Made by a program: the position numbers and the translations under genes
Source: Phoronis australis
Lineage: Eukaryota; Animalia; Phoronida
DNA: 64,000 nucleotides
Direction of reading: 5' to 3'
NCBI GenBank assembly: GCA_002633005.1
Contig: NMRA01000285.1
Coordinates: forward strand, 357,505-421,504
Notes under the pieces: generated by a model
What the model was told of the DNA's origin: nothing
The model's database searches: none
What the model saw: the letters and a program-made list of their open reading frames with translations, nothing else
Shown: piece after piece, positions 63,061 to 64,000 of the stretch
Numbering within the stretch: position 1 is the stretch's first letter
Layout of the letters: every line of letters starts with the position of its first letter

Positions 63061-63821
63061 AGAGAAAAATTTCACTGAATTAAAATATTGTTTTTATGGA
63101 AATTATGAGTCTTATTTTTCATAGAGTCGGTACAATGCCCTTTGCCATGCGAACATTCTATTTTCACGTTCTATGAACGTTTAGTTAAAAATCTGTTAAT
63201 GTAATAGTAATAAGGGCCCATAAACATAAAATGTATTTTTATAATTAATGCTGTTTTTGTTTTCATAAAATATATGGTTTTACTAGTTGACAAAAGCTTG
63301 TTTATTTTGATACGAGTAGACTAATGGAGGCCACTGGCACTAATTTATGCGGCTGCATAAAAAGTGGGTCAAGGGGTCAACAGTTGACATTCCTTCAATT
63401 TGAACAGATTCAAAAATCAAGAAAATGCCATCACATGCAGCATATAGAACTGCCTATCCAACCCAGAAGGCGCCAATTTTCAATGAAACTGGGGGGTAGG
63501 GAGCTAAATTCAACTGCTCTGAAGGAAAATGATAATCAACCACACCTCTTTCACAGTGACATCTTTTGCCAGTTTATGACACCATTCATCATGGCCGCTC
63601 AGGTGCCCTTTTCACCAGGAAGCGCGGCGATTCCAGCCACTCAAGTAGAAGTGACAGTGTGTTGCAAGTAAGTGTCCAATCCAAATAGTAACTTGGCAAA
63701 TGGCCGTGGTTAAGCAACTAAAAGAGTAGCTCAATATATCGTATTTCATTAATACGAACCCAAAAACGAGCCTTCTTTAGCGTGCTTATTACTCACACTC
63801 ACAGACACAGGCGTCCTCAGC

Positions 63822-63901
63822 GGCACTAGTCGGCCGTTATTTAGTGGATGAAACTGGTTCTCTGAGTCAGGGTCCGTTAGGCATTATATCCGACTAGTGC
63901 C
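63822..63901. mobile_element. 80-bp MITE with 12-bp perfect TIR and 8-bp TSD (Merlin-like)
   Basis: tcctcagc|GGCACTAGTCGG ... CCGACTAGTGCC|tcctcagc. Confidence 0.78.
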
Positions 63902-64000
63902 TCCTCAGCTTCTGATCGTCCCGAATACACTATATATATACTACAAGATACGACACTCCGGACTAGAAATTCCACTTCTTCCCATGTACAACAAGTGGTT

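Overview
AT-rich, intron-rich animal (invertebrate-like) genomic DNA, not prokaryotic. Four spliced genes can be reconstructed by hand: an SLC2A10/12-class sugar transporter (minus strand, last exons not found and probably left of the window), a sacsin-type DnaJ+HEPN C-terminal module (plus), a PRA1-family gene ARL6IP5/PRAF2 (minus) and UBA3 (plus), the last two head-to-head with only 220 bp between start codons. Introns and intergenic DNA are packed with decayed or non-autonomous transposons (Kolobok with THAP and P2X7-ballast-like remnants, IS3EU, Crypton tyrosine recombinase, Penelope GIY-YIG, Helentron/HINE-like, several MITEs, tRNA-derived SINEs) and four minisatellites. Most notable: a 19-bp minisatellite made from an amplified exon/intron junction so that each unit carries a splice donor; a hairpin loop present in opposite orientations in two copies of a Crypton end; a duplicated 95-nt UBA3 exon whose co-inclusion makes a stop codon (possibly an assembly artefact at an N); a U12-type intron in UBA3; and a repeat family carrying arrays of CTCF-like motifs. 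All family assignments come from motif recognition by eye, not database searches. Single Ns at 19554, 22136 and 56202 may be scaffold joins.
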